IMG/VR virus record: IMGVR_UViG_3300035156_000206
Span: 1-64,000 of that record
Reading direction: 5' to 3' (one strand)
DNA: 64,000 nucleotides
Made by a program: the position numbers and the translations under genes. Positions within the stretch are counted from its first letter, which is position 1; the number at the start of each line of letters is the position of its first letter. The notes under the pieces are model-generated. The model did not search any database. It was not told where the DNA came from and was given only the letters and a program-made list of their open reading frames with translations. Of this stretch, positions 22,402 through 31,197 are shown piece after piece.

Positions 22402-23370
22402 ATGAACTGGTTGTTTGTAGGTGGTATGTTTGATGATGTAGGTGGTCGTGCTTCTGGTTACTTTGGGAAGTTGTGGCAGGCTGTGGCTGCTCTTTATCCT
22501 GGTGCTAATACGTTCGTGGTCAATGGGGGCAAGTTTAGTAAGTTGGCTGACTTGGCTACTTATAAGGCGACGCATATTGTATGGATGGTTGATGTGTCCA
22601 ATGAGTATGAGAAGTTGTTGCCTTCTATTATGGAGGCTAATCCTGGTGCTGTATTGATTCAGTCCAAATCGAACATTGGTGGGAGGTATAGTAGGGAGCA
22701 GTTGTTTGCGAGAATGCGTGCTTCTGGTGCCGAGATGTTGATTGAGTTTGATCGGGGTTGTGTTGGGCATATTACGGCTGGGTTGTTGTCTGTTAGTGGG
22801 AGGTACATTGGATACTCTGGTAGTGACATTGGGAATCTGGCTGCTGATATTGGTATTGAGGTAGATCGGATTGGGAGTTTGTTGTACCCATTGCGTAGGG
22901 AGAAGAAGTTGTTGCCTGTAAAGGATCATCCTGGTGCGTTTGGTGTTGTGCGGAAGAACCATGTGCATGAGGGGGTTGATTTGTATGGGGAGGTTGGGGA
23001 AAGTGTTGATGCGATGGAGACTGGGATTGTAGTTGGTCTTTATCAGTTCACAGGGGAGGATGTTGGTAGTCCTTGGTGGAATGATACATTTTGTGTTTTG
23101 GTTGCAGGGGAAAGTGGTGTCATCAATTATGGTGAGATACATCCTTGGTCTCCTGATTGGGTTAAGGTTGGTGACACAATTGAGAGGGGTGCGCAAGTTG
23201 GTACATTGCTGAGCGTCTTGAAGAAGGACAAGGGGAAGCCGATGACTATGTTGCATATTGAGAGGTATGTGATTGGGACAAAGCGGCATATTGATTCATG
23301 GGATTTGGACAAGGTGTGGCCGGCGAAGTTGCTGGACCCGACTGTCTTGTTAAGGAGTGCCATGTTATGA
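22402..23370 (+). CDS. M23-family peptidase with unknown N-terminal domain
   Basis: HEGVD (HxxxD) and LHIE (HxE variant) motifs in the C-terminal half. Confidence 0.8.
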   Translation: MNWLFVGGMFDDVGGRASGYFGKLWQAVAALYPGANTFVVNGGKFSKLADLATYKATHIVWMVDVSNEYEKLLPSIMEANPGAVLIQSKSNIGGRYSREQLFARMRASGAEMLIEFDRGCVGHITAGLLSVSGRYIGYSGSDIGNLAADIGIEVDRIGSLLYPLRREKKLLPVKDHPGAFGVVRKNHVHEGVDLYGEVGESVDAMETGIVVGLYQFTGEDVGSPWWNDTFCVLVAGESGVINYGEIHPWSPDWVKVGDTIERGAQVGTLLSVLKKDKGKPMTMLHIERYVIGTKRHIDSWDLDKVWPAKLLDPTVLLRSAML

Positions 23371-24245
23371 AAACTGTAGCTATTATTGGGGCTCGTGGGG
23401 TTGTATCTACGATGTTGCAGGCTAAGTTGGCTGATGACCCGGAAATTGTGGTTGCTGTTGTTGAGACTTCCTTGTTCATGTTGGCTCCCAATCCAAGGAT
23501 GGCATTAGCAGGTGCAGACTTGGTGGTTGTATGTACTGAGGAGGCTTTAAGCAGGGAAGTTGTTGCCAAAATCGATCCTGATATGGCTATTTTGGACATT
23601 AGTCCTGCGTTCAGGTGCGATTCTGAATGGGTATATGGGATGTCTACGTTGATGGGGACGAATCAGCTGATAAATGGGGCGAAGCGAGTGGCGAATCCTG
23701 GTTGTATGGCGACTGCTGCCATCTTGATTCTGCAGCCATTGGTTGAGGAGGAGTTGGTTGGTACATTTGATCCTTTGTATCTGGATGCGATGATTGGTTA
23801 TTCGGCTGGTGGTCGCAAGATGATTGCGAAGTATCAGGCTGGGGTTGCGATGAAGAAGCCACCATTTGAAATCATGACTAGTCTGGTTGAAGCGCACCCC
23901 CATGTTGGTGAGATCAAGCATGTTACTGGGTTGAGGGGTGATGTGGTATTGGCTCCGAAGATTGGTACCTACTTTAGTGGTATTCGGATGTCGATTATGG
24001 TACCAAGGACGTATGCTCCGTTCTTGTTGGGGATGTACAATTTCGCTTATGCTGGTACCGACATTGTGGTTGAGAACGACAACCCGAAGAAGATATGTGC
24101 TGATGAGATGGAGGGGAAGCCTGGAGCGATCATTCGGGTTTATCAGCATGGGGAATCGTGCCTTGTTGTGTGTACCATGGACAATTTGTTTAAGGGTGCA
24201 GTTGACACAGCCTATGAGAACATTGGGTTGATGTTAGGGATGTAA
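23367..24245 (+). CDS. argC: N-acetyl-gamma-glutamyl-phosphate reductase-like (ArgC/ASADH family)
   Basis: VAIIGARG Rossmann start, RVANPGC catalytic Cys, GYSAGG, HPHVGEI, DNLFKGA. Confidence 0.8.
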   Translation: MKTVAIIGARGVVSTMLQAKLADDPEIVVAVVETSLFMLAPNPRMALAGADLVVVCTEEALSREVVAKIDPDMAILDISPAFRCDSEWVYGMSTLMGTNQLINGAKRVANPGCMATAAILILQPLVEEELVGTFDPLYLDAMIGYSAGGRKMIAKYQAGVAMKKPPFEIMTSLVEAHPHVGEIKHVTGLRGDVVLAPKIGTYFSGIRMSIMVPRTYAPFLLGMYNFAYAGTDIVVENDNPKKICADEMEGKPGAIIRVYQHGESCLVVCTMDNLFKGAVDTAYENIGLMLGM

Positions 24246-24291
24246 GGCTGATGGTGTAGCTGCTACCTCTACCGTTATGGATGTTGTGCTA

Positions 24292-24297
24292 TAAATA
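24292..24297 (+). promoter_or_regulatory. Late promoter TAAATA
   Basis: CTATAAATAC 27 nt upstream of the fibre gene. Confidence 0.7.
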
Positions 24298-24324
24298 CAC
24301 AACATATAACGTGAGGTAGAACAA

Positions 24325-25428
24325 ATGCCAGGAATTCAATACCATATCAAATACACGGACCCGTCGATTCCAGGAAAGACGCCGTTCGTTATTGAACCAA
24401 ATACAACAAATGGGCCATTGAGCCCAATCACAGCCGTGCCTGACCTGAATGCAACGTCATACAACACGTCTGTTACTTTGCCAGGCATGGGGCTGATCCA
24501 ATATGGTGAGCGTGTTGATGAAGCAATCGTTCACATCCTTGAGAATTTTGCTAGTGCTGGTGTTCCACCTGTTGCCCCAACTGTTGGGCAATTGTGGTTC
24601 GACTATTCTGTTCGTCTTCTGAAGGTGTATTCGCACAACGGGACAACTGGTGTGTGGAACTTCGTAGGTGACAATGGTACTGGTGGTGCTGTTACGGCAG
24701 CCATTGCAGCCAAAGTTGCTCGTGCAGGTGACACCATGACTGGTTTCTTGACACTCAATGCTGATCCAACATCACCACTCCATGCTGCCACAAAGCAGTA
24801 TATCGACAACAAGGCTATGACTCCTGGTCCAGCCGGTCCTCAAGGGCCAGCAGGATTGAATAGTACTGTTCCTGGTCCTCAAGGTCCAGCTGGTGCTAAT
24901 GGGGCGAACGGCGCTAATGGGGCAACTGGTGCAACCGGACCTCAAGGGCCACAGGGACCTCAAGGACCACAAGGCCCGCAGGGACCTCAAGGTGTTACGG
25001 GAGCAACTGGTGCGACTGGTGCAGCATCATTTGTTCCTGGCCCACAAGGTCCTCAGGGAGCAACTGGTGCGACGGGTGCAACCGGAGCAGCTGGTCCTGT
25101 TCCAACTTTGGTTGCTAGTGGATCGATTGCCACCAACTTCAGCTCAACAGCTGCGGCTCGTATTCTGATTGATACCGGCGTCGACATGGGTGGTGCGTGG
25201 AACGATGCATCAACGGAAGTTTGGCATGCAAATGCTACCATCTCTGGTGGTTTTTCGAGTGGTGGTGGTTGCTACGGAGTTGGGCTAGCAAGAATAGGTC
25301 ACTTGGATGGTCTTGGTGCAGGGTATGCGGATGGTCGCATCTACATCGTATTCGAGTGGGCACGATCGGGTGGTAGTGGATCGTTAACAGCAACATCAGT
25401 TTCATGGAAATTAACAAAGGTATCATAA
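24325..25428 (+). CDS. Collagen-like tail fibre/baseplate-associated protein
   Basis: YGE...HILENFA...GQLWFD N-terminus; HAATKQYID; long Gly-X-Y run. Confidence 0.85.
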   Translation: MPGIQYHIKYTDPSIPGKTPFVIEPNTTNGPLSPITAVPDLNATSYNTSVTLPGMGLIQYGERVDEAIVHILENFASAGVPPVAPTVGQLWFDYSVRLLKVYSHNGTTGVWNFVGDNGTGGAVTAAIAAKVARAGDTMTGFLTLNADPTSPLHAATKQYIDNKAMTPGPAGPQGPAGLNSTVPGPQGPAGANGANGANGATGATGPQGPQGPQGPQGPQGPQGVTGATGATGAASFVPGPQGPQGATGATGATGAAGPVPTLVASGSIATNFSSTAAARILIDTGVDMGGAWNDASTEVWHANATISGGFSSGGGCYGVGLARIGHLDGLGAGYADGRIYIVFEWARSGGSGSLTATSVSWKLTKVS

Positions 25429-25622
25429 TGAAAGTAGATTACTTTAATATGGATGAAGAGGGAAACATGGTAGTTCGGCACGTTGAGCTACCAGATCACT
25501 TGTTGACGAAGACTTATGCCACAGCGATGTTGGCTAAGTTTGACGATCCTCAAGATGCGTATGAGGCTATGCGCATTGAGCGTGAAGCGGCAATGGTCGA
25601 TGTTGATCCGGTCGTAAAATAG
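25428..25622 (+). CDS. Hypothetical protein
   Basis: TAATG overlap; 64 aa. Confidence 0.6.
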   Translation: MKVDYFNMDEEGNMVVRHVELPDHLLTKTYATAMLAKFDDPQDAYEAMRIEREAAMVDVDPVVK

Positions 25623-25678
25623 TTGTTGACATTGTTGGTGAGAAGTTCGATCATGATGTTTTCCACTAGGAGGTTGTT

Positions 25679-25738
25679 ATGACGTTTCTCATCATCGCTG
25701 GTTTGGTAGGCTACATTGTCTACCTGAAGACCAAGTAA
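25679..25738 (+). CDS. 19-aa hydrophobic peptide
   Basis: MTFLIIAGLVGYIVYLKTK; AGGAGG RBS; hairpin terminator follows. Confidence 0.45.
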   Translation: MTFLIIAGLVGYIVYLKTK

Positions 25739-25798
25739 TAGCAGGTAAGGAGGCCTTGAGCCTCCTTTTTTATGTGTGGAGTTTTAGGAATGTGTCCA

Positions 25799-25999
25799 AT
25801 GGTAGATAGATACACGCTCTTTGGGTTGGTTTGCATTACTGCCTTGGGCATAACTGGGATATTCGTGATGGACTATGTATCAAATGGTCAACGAACTCGT
25901 GTGGAACGGATCATGGCTATTGCGGTCGAATGTTCAAAACTGGAAATTGTGTGCGTCATTGAGGAGAAGAAGGATGAACAAGGAACAAAAGGAAAATGA
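25799..25999 (+). CDS. Small membrane protein, C-x5-VC family
   Basis: TM helix then CSKLEIVC. Confidence 0.7.
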   Translation: MVDRYTLFGLVCITALGITGIFVMDYVSNGQRTRVERIMAIAVECSKLEIVCVIEEKKDEQGTKGK

Positions 26000-26159
26000 G
26001 AACCTAATGGGTACGGTCATTGGCGCTATGTTGGTGGTTGCATTTCTGGCAATAGCCCTTGTGCCTGTTGACAACACTGCAAAGGTGGATACCAAAATGA
26101 AGGTGTTCATGTTGAAGTGCAAAGAGATGAACATGGTCTGTACACCAAAGCCAAAATGA
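25974..26159 (+). CDS. Small membrane protein, C-x5-VC family
   Basis: TM helix then CKEMNMVC. Confidence 0.7.
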   Translation: MNKEQKENENLMGTVIGAMLVVAFLAIALVPVDNTAKVDTKMKVFMLKCKEMNMVCTPKPK

Positions 26160-26443
26160 TCAACCTCACCATCCATGAACTGGAACGCATGTCATACATG
26201 TTTCCAGACAACAAGCAGTTGCAGGAAGCCTTTGCCAACAGGTGCAGAGATATGGTTGAGGATGCACGTTTGGAAGTGTACAACACGCGCCATCAGGTGG
26301 GTTTAATGGCGGAGATCGCTCAGGACCTAGATGATGAACTAACTGAGTTGTATCATGACTCATTAGGGCTGTTCCGTGATCCAGCCTTGACCAAGCAATT
26401 GCAAGAAATCAGGCTGTCGATGTTGGCTAAGTTTGTGGTGTAG
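26156..26443 (+). CDS. Hypothetical protein
   Basis: ATGA overlap; 95 aa. Confidence 0.7.
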   Translation: MINLTIHELERMSYMFPDNKQLQEAFANRCRDMVEDARLEVYNTRHQVGLMAEIAQDLDDELTELYHDSLGLFRDPALTKQLQEIRLSMLAKFVV

Positions 26444-26501
26444 GATCTGGGAACCAGTAGGATAAATAAAGTTGTTGACTGGTTTGTTTTTTGTGTTGAA
26501 T

Positions 26502-26726
26502 ATGTACAACATCTTGTACACAACTTTGGATCCCCACCTCATGACCTCGAACCAACACAACCTGTATTTGCTCAAAGAATTACACGAAGAAGCGCTGGCT
26601 AATGTTGGCAGGTTTAAAGGGACGGTGGCAGAGTTGGCTTGGCAGGTAACAGCGAACTTCCTGGACTTAAAAGTCATCAATCTCGAGGCGGACATGGCCG
26701 CAGTCGAGAGGCTAAGGAACAAGTAA
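26502..26726 (+). CDS. Hypothetical protein
   Basis: 74-aa ORF; start uncertain. Confidence 0.6.
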   Translation: MYNILYTTLDPHLMTSNQHNLYLLKELHEEALANVGRFKGTVAELAWQVTANFLDLKVINLEADMAAVERLRNK

Positions 26727-26728
26727 AG

Positions 26729-27133
26729 ATGGACTGGAACAAACTCCCCCCAGGAACGCTGGCAATCAAATTGCCAGAAGCAGATTCACACGAACACACC
26801 CATCAGATTATGAAGGATCTGTTCGCTGTAGCCAAGAAGTACAACATTGTTGTGATTACCCATACCACACACAGGAACAAACCCGTGAACATCAAATTTG
26901 TAACTGTTGAAGACTACATGAAGTTTGTGGCACGATATGACATCTGCCCTAACAAAGCATGGTACCGTTTCGGTCAAGCGTTCTACAACGAAATGGTTGG
27001 TCCTGTTCTTCGTGCTCCAGGCATGCCAGAACACTCGCACCCAGAACTGTTCAATTGCACAGACCGTAAGAAGGCTGAGCAGATCATCTGGGACACATAC
27101 ATCGTTGAAAATGACACCAACTTCAAACCATAA
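26729..27133 (+). CDS. Hypothetical protein
   Basis: 134 aa from MDWNKL; operon spacing. Confidence 0.75.
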   Translation: MDWNKLPPGTLAIKLPEADSHEHTHQIMKDLFAVAKKYNIVVITHTTHRNKPVNIKFVTVEDYMKFVARYDICPNKAWYRFGQAFYNEMVGPVLRAPGMPEHSHPELFNCTDRKKAEQIIWDTYIVENDTNFKP

Positions 27134-27402
27134 TGAACTGCACCTGTATTACTGTTGATAATGCTATCATGATGTGGGATAGTGCTTGTCCAAAGCACGC
27201 AATTGGCTCAGCCTCAGAAGAGCCAATTGCGGTTCGTCCATTGACCAGATCCACAATTGAGAGATTGTGGTTGAAGTCGAAGACTGATGCAATGCGCAAC
27301 TTCTACATGGACCGCAATGGTGGTCAGAATCTGGATACCAGGGACTGCTACAAAGCATTTGCGTGGGATATCGAACGGTACATCAAGGGCGAAGACGTAT
27401 GA
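27133..27402 (+). CDS. Hypothetical protein
   Basis: TAATG overlap; 89 aa. Confidence 0.7.
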   Translation: MNCTCITVDNAIMMWDSACPKHAIGSASEEPIAVRPLTRSTIERLWLKSKTDAMRNFYMDRNGGQNLDTRDCYKAFAWDIERYIKGEDV

Positions 27403-27563
27403 AGTATCGGATTGTGGTGTGGTCTGCCGCTCTGGTTGTTGCGGCCTTGACAGCAATCTTTGTTGGACCCGATGCGGGGCAAGGCTTTGCCATCGGGTTC
27501 TTTGTTCAATATTTCTGCCTCGAAATAGGCGCTTTCATTTATGATCGGGTAAGTAAACAATGA
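27399..27563 (+). CDS. Small membrane protein
   Basis: two hydrophobic segments; ATGA overlap. Confidence 0.65.
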   Translation: MKYRIVVWSAALVVAALTAIFVGPDAGQGFAIGFFVQYFCLEIGAFIYDRVSKQ

Positions 27564-27916
27564 TCATCTACCGCATTCGTAGTCGCATGACTGGTCTTTT
27601 CTCAGCCGGTGGCCAAGAGCCACGATGGGTCAAAACTGGCAAGATCTGGAAGGGGCTTGGTCCTCTGAAACTGCACTTCAACTCATTGACTCATCGTGGA
27701 CGTAGCATCTACGATAGCCAAGATGCTGAGGTGGTTGAATACGAAGTGATCGAGACAGAAGGCAAAGCAACTGATGCTGATATCTGGATCGCAGATGTTC
27801 TGAAGCGAAAGGCCACCAAGGCGGCCGAAGTACAAGCGTACCGCGACAGCCGGGAAAAGCTGGACCGCGAAGTACTTTTCAAGAAACTGTCCAAAGAGTT
27901 TGGACCAACCAAGTAG
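27560..27916 (+). CDS. Hypothetical protein
   Basis: 118 aa; ATGA overlap. Confidence 0.8.
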   Translation: MIIYRIRSRMTGLFSAGGQEPRWVKTGKIWKGLGPLKLHFNSLTHRGRSIYDSQDAEVVEYEVIETEGKATDADIWIADVLKRKATKAAEVQAYRDSREKLDREVLFKKLSKEFGPTK

Positions 27917-27923
27917 GAGCAAC

Positions 27924-28121
27924 ATGTTACTATCAATCAGCAAGGTCACAATTGACACTAGCCACAAGGACTATGATCGGATTGGGTTTCGAGTAGCACT
28001 TCCAGCCCCCGCATCATTTCATGAATGTCCAATGGTGCTTGAGGTGCCAGTAGACAAGGGCGAAGCAGAAGCCTGGATGAAACTACATTACCCATCCATT
28101 GGGTACACTGTGGTAAAATAG
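27924..28121 (+). CDS. Hypothetical protein
   Basis: 65 aa; AGGAG RBS. Confidence 0.65.
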   Translation: MLLSISKVTIDTSHKDYDRIGFRVALPAPASFHECPMVLEVPVDKGEAEAWMKLHYPSIGYTVVK

Positions 28122-28183
28122 GCTCGTTGACAATTGGTGAAATCTGCTGTATAATTTTCACATCGACTCGTTAAGGAAGCATC

Positions 28184-28516
28184 ATGGCAAGACCTAAGTG
28201 GGCAAGTGCTGAAGCGAAAGCCAATGCTCTGAAGCTGGAACAGGAGTGGCTCGTGTTGCAGAAGAAGCATGCTTCCAAGCCTGCACCTAAGCGGAACCTC
28301 AAGAAGCCACCTGTCATGGCGTCCAATCCACGAATTGCGGAACTGCGTGCCTTGAAGAGTGTTGACACAGGAGCATCAGGTTCTGATACACCAAAGGCTG
28401 AGCCTCAAGTGTACACTGGGGACAAGATCATTGGCATTGCAACAATGCACAAATCGAACATTGTGCCGATCTTTTCTGATGATGCAGCCAAAGACGTATC
28501 ATCCATGCGTCGATAA
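28184..28516 (+). CDS. Conserved phage protein
   Basis: YTGDKIIGIATMHKSNIVPIF motif recalled from T4-like phages; own promoter and terminator. Confidence 0.8.
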   Translation: MARPKWASAEAKANALKLEQEWLVLQKKHASKPAPKRNLKKPPVMASNPRIAELRALKSVDTGASGSDTPKAEPQVYTGDKIIGIATMHKSNIVPIFSDDAAKDVSSMRR

Positions 28517-28534
28517 AGCAAATCGATTTAGACC

Positions 28535-28557
28535 AAAGAGCCTTCGGGCTCTTTTTT
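28535..28557 (+). terminator. Rho-independent terminator
   Basis: AAAGAGCC-TTCG-GGCTCTTTTTT. Confidence 0.85.
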
Positions 28558-28632
28558 ATTTGCACAAACTTGTTGTCAATGTTCTTTTCGCGTTGTACAA
28601 TTGTAATATAGAAATATTAATGGCGGTAAATA

Positions 28633-29460
28633 ATGGCTTTTCGTGGAGAATATTGGTCTTGTAGCAAATTTGCAGACAAGATCTGGAAACTGAGTGGTGC
28701 CGATCCGAAGCCATCCAGTGAAACATCTAAAGGATGGCGCGAATGGAGGGAGGATCGCAAGACGAACCACCCGATTGCGTACTGGATCGTCGAGGAAGGA
28801 CTTGGTATGGCACAAGATTTCATCAATTGGCCGATGGACAAGTACAATGACTTCAGGCATTGGTTCCGGCAGCGCTACATCAAGCAAACACACATGGTGC
28901 CAACGTACCTACCAAAAGGTGAGTATGTTGAGTTCGATACACGCCTACTGCACGCTGTGTTTGGCATGCTCCGCGACTTTGTGGAGACTGATATGGCGTA
29001 TGACCAGCTGAGCTGGGGCAGCTTTACGGTGGAAGACGGGGATGTACCTGCTCCAACGAACGAGCCTTGGTGGGTAAAGTCACGCCTGACACATTGGGGC
29101 GTCCTTCGCAGTCGTGAGCTGGGCATGAAGCGGTGCGAATGGCACATCAGCCTCGCAACACGTGCAGAAGATCCAAACGTTCGCCAAGCGGCAATGGGCC
29201 AAGAAATCAAGGACCTCTACCTTTGGTGGATGGATGTTCGTCCTAATCGGAAAGAGCCTGGCGATATCTCTGGATCCAACAAAATGTTCGAAGGCGATAA
29301 CTGGGACAGAATATTCGATGATGATGCCGAAACGCAACCATCTCGAACAGACTACCATGCGGCAATCATGCTGGATGCCGAACTGGAAAAGAAGTACAAA
29401 CAAGAGGACGAGGACATGTTGATCCGAGTCATTAAATTAAGGGAGTCGCTGTGGACGTAA
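28633..29460 (+). CDS. Hypothetical Trp-rich protein
   Basis: 275-aa ORF. Confidence 0.85.
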   Translation: MAFRGEYWSCSKFADKIWKLSGADPKPSSETSKGWREWREDRKTNHPIAYWIVEEGLGMAQDFINWPMDKYNDFRHWFRQRYIKQTHMVPTYLPKGEYVEFDTRLLHAVFGMLRDFVETDMAYDQLSWGSFTVEDGDVPAPTNEPWWVKSRLTHWGVLRSRELGMKRCEWHISLATRAEDPNVRQAAMGQEIKDLYLWWMDVRPNRKEPGDISGSNKMFEGDNWDRIFDDDAETQPSRTDYHAAIMLDAELEKKYKQEDEDMLIRVIKLRESLWT

Positions 29461-29567
29461 ATTGGGAACGCCTGATCAGTTTGGGCGTTATCGTGGTAGT
29501 GTCTGGAGCCATTATCGGCTTCGCGTTTATGACCAAAGTGGGCATTATTGCTCCTTGGGCTCAGTAA
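29451..29567 (+). CDS. 38-aa membrane peptide
   Basis: GTG start after AGGGAG; one TM helix. Confidence 0.55.
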   Translation: MDVNWERLISLGVIVVVSGAIIGFAFMTKVGIIAPWAQ

Positions 29568-29575
29568 AGGAACAA

Positions 29576-29779
29576 ATGAAAAAGTTACTTTTGCTGGCAG
29601 CAATCATACTGATCGCTGGTTGCGATTCGACCACCTACGATTTGAGTAAGCCTGACCTTGATAGGTCACTGTCGTTGTGTTCCGCAAATGGAGGCATCCG
29701 AAAGGTAGCCGTAGGCTTCAGAGCCTATGTTGTGGATTGCAACAATGATGCACGATTCATTCAACAAAAGACCTCATGA
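29576..29779 (+). CDS. Lipoprotein
   Basis: MKKLLLLAAIILIAG|C lipobox. Confidence 0.8.
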   Translation: MKKLLLLAAIILIAGCDSTTYDLSKPDLDRSLSLCSANGGIRKVAVGFRAYVVDCNNDARFIQQKTS

Positions 29780-30078
29780 AAAACCTAATTATCGCAGCCT
29801 TGCTGCTCGCCACAACCCATGCCATGGCCGGAACACAATATGTGTACGTACCAACTCCCATGCCAGTTGGTGCATCGCCTTGCTTCGTCACAGTAGGCAC
29901 TCACCTGATCAATGTAAATTTCATTTCGCGTGTCGCCAAGCACATATACAAGGACAACACGATTACCATTTACATTGCAGGTGACGACAGTGTAGCAATG
30001 ACAATGGCTCCTGGTAAGACGGTGGAGCAATCCATTGCTGACTTCCACAAATACATCCAAGCAAAGTGCCCACGATGA
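29776..30078 (+). CDS. Secreted protein, paralog of next gene
   Basis: signal peptide ending AMA; C...N.N.I pattern. Confidence 0.75.
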   Translation: MKNLIIAALLLATTHAMAGTQYVYVPTPMPVGASPCFVTVGTHLINVNFISRVAKHIYKDNTITIYIAGDDSVAMTMAPGKTVEQSIADFHKYIQAKCPR

Positions 30079-30332
30079 AAAAGCTCCTGATCATTCTGGC
30101 CTTGATGGCTAGTGCTCCAGTAATGGCGGATGAGCCTTGCTGGTTGAAGATAGAAGACACAACGTTCAATGCAAACCAACTGACTCACATGAGTGGGTAC
30201 AGGAACGGGGTATACTTCTACTTCAACAAGGAATACTTCACCGTCAATGTGCCTAACCTCGCAGCAGGGCAAAAACTGATTGCTCAGGTGGTTGAGAAGC
30301 ACAGAGCGTGCACAGCCCGTAAGGCCAAGTAA
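30075..30332 (+). CDS. Secreted protein, paralog of previous gene
   Basis: signal peptide ending VMA; C...N.N.L pattern. Confidence 0.75.
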   Translation: MKKLLIILALMASAPVMADEPCWLKIEDTTFNANQLTHMSGYRNGVYFYFNKEYFTVNVPNLAAGQKLIAQVVEKHRACTARKAK

Positions 30333-30430
30333 TGGACATGCTCGTCCTTGGATTGGCAATTGCGTTCCTGGGCGCAATCTTTGTTGCTGTCCTTGTGGTC
30401 GAAATCAAACAATTGAACCGGAGGCCTTGA
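30332..30430 (+). CDS. 32-aa membrane peptide
   Basis: TAATG overlap; one TM helix. Confidence 0.55.
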   Translation: MDMLVLGLAIAFLGAIFVAVLVVEIKQLNRRP

Positions 30431-30612
30431 TGCGCATTCGTATGGTAATCCTTGTGCTAGGACAAATAGTGATCCCTGTTGCTAGTGCAGCTACGTGTTT
30501 GGCTGTGGTAAATTACTACGGCCCGGTAGCCTTCATTTGCGCCACTGCTGTGGTAGCTTATGCTATGGTCAAGTTTGTACCACGTTTTCACAAATGGTGC
30601 GACGAAAAGTAG
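30430..30612 (+). CDS. Small membrane protein
   Basis: TGATG overlap; two TM helices. Confidence 0.65.
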   Translation: MRIRMVILVLGQIVIPVASAATCLAVVNYYGPVAFICATAVVAYAMVKFVPRFHKWCDEK

Positions 30613-30721
30613 TTGTCTGAATCGAGTGTTTGTTGGAGACTGTTCAGTAACAAGTCTTCAACAACTCTAAGGCAACTATGCAATACCTCTTCCAGCTGTT
30701 CCTCCCTTCGAAGGACCTACC

Positions 30722-31021
30722 ATGACTCGTCAAGACATCCTTGAGGGGTTCGTTGACACCACCAAGTTTGTGATCATTGCTACGGCATACTTCATAGTAC
30801 TCATGGTCTGTGGCTTCAGGTGGGCAATTGGCAAACAGGAGATTCACGTGTACGACAAAGTTGGCTTCGTAGTGATGATGGTGCTGGTAATCCCAGCTTG
30901 GTTCGTCCTGTTGTCTGTGCTGTCAACGATGGTGATGGTGGCAATGTTGTCTACCATTGCAGCCATCATTGGTGTATCATTTGCATGCATACCTCTAATC
31001 AGGTGGGTGAACAAGCAATAA
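30722..31021 (+). CDS. Membrane protein
   Basis: 99 aa, three hydrophobic segments. Confidence 0.75.
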   Translation: MTRQDILEGFVDTTKFVIIATAYFIVLMVCGFRWAIGKQEIHVYDKVGFVVMMVLVIPAWFVLLSVLSTMVMVAMLSTIAAIIGVSFACIPLIRWVNKQ

Positions 31022-31197
31022 TGGACCCGATGAAACTACTCGTCAAAGCGTTCCCGATCATACTGACGTTAGTGTTGGTGATTGGGTACTGCCTCAAACC
31101 ACTGGTTGGTCCACATATGTGCTACCCATTCGCACTGATCGTGATCATGATGATTGTATCGTGCCTGCCACCAGACGACCCTGAAGAAGAGACATGA
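31021..31197 (+). CDS. Small membrane protein
   Basis: TAATG overlap; two TM helices. Confidence 0.65.
   Translation: MDPMKLLVKAFPIILTLVLVIGYCLKPLVGPHMCYPFALIVIMMIVSCLPPDDPEEET

Noticed and set aside
22312-23289. 325-aa minus-strand ORF and 23547-24149(-)
   Set aside because: Antisense to the M23 and argC genes; N/T/P/H-rich composition is a by-product of the extreme G/T skew.
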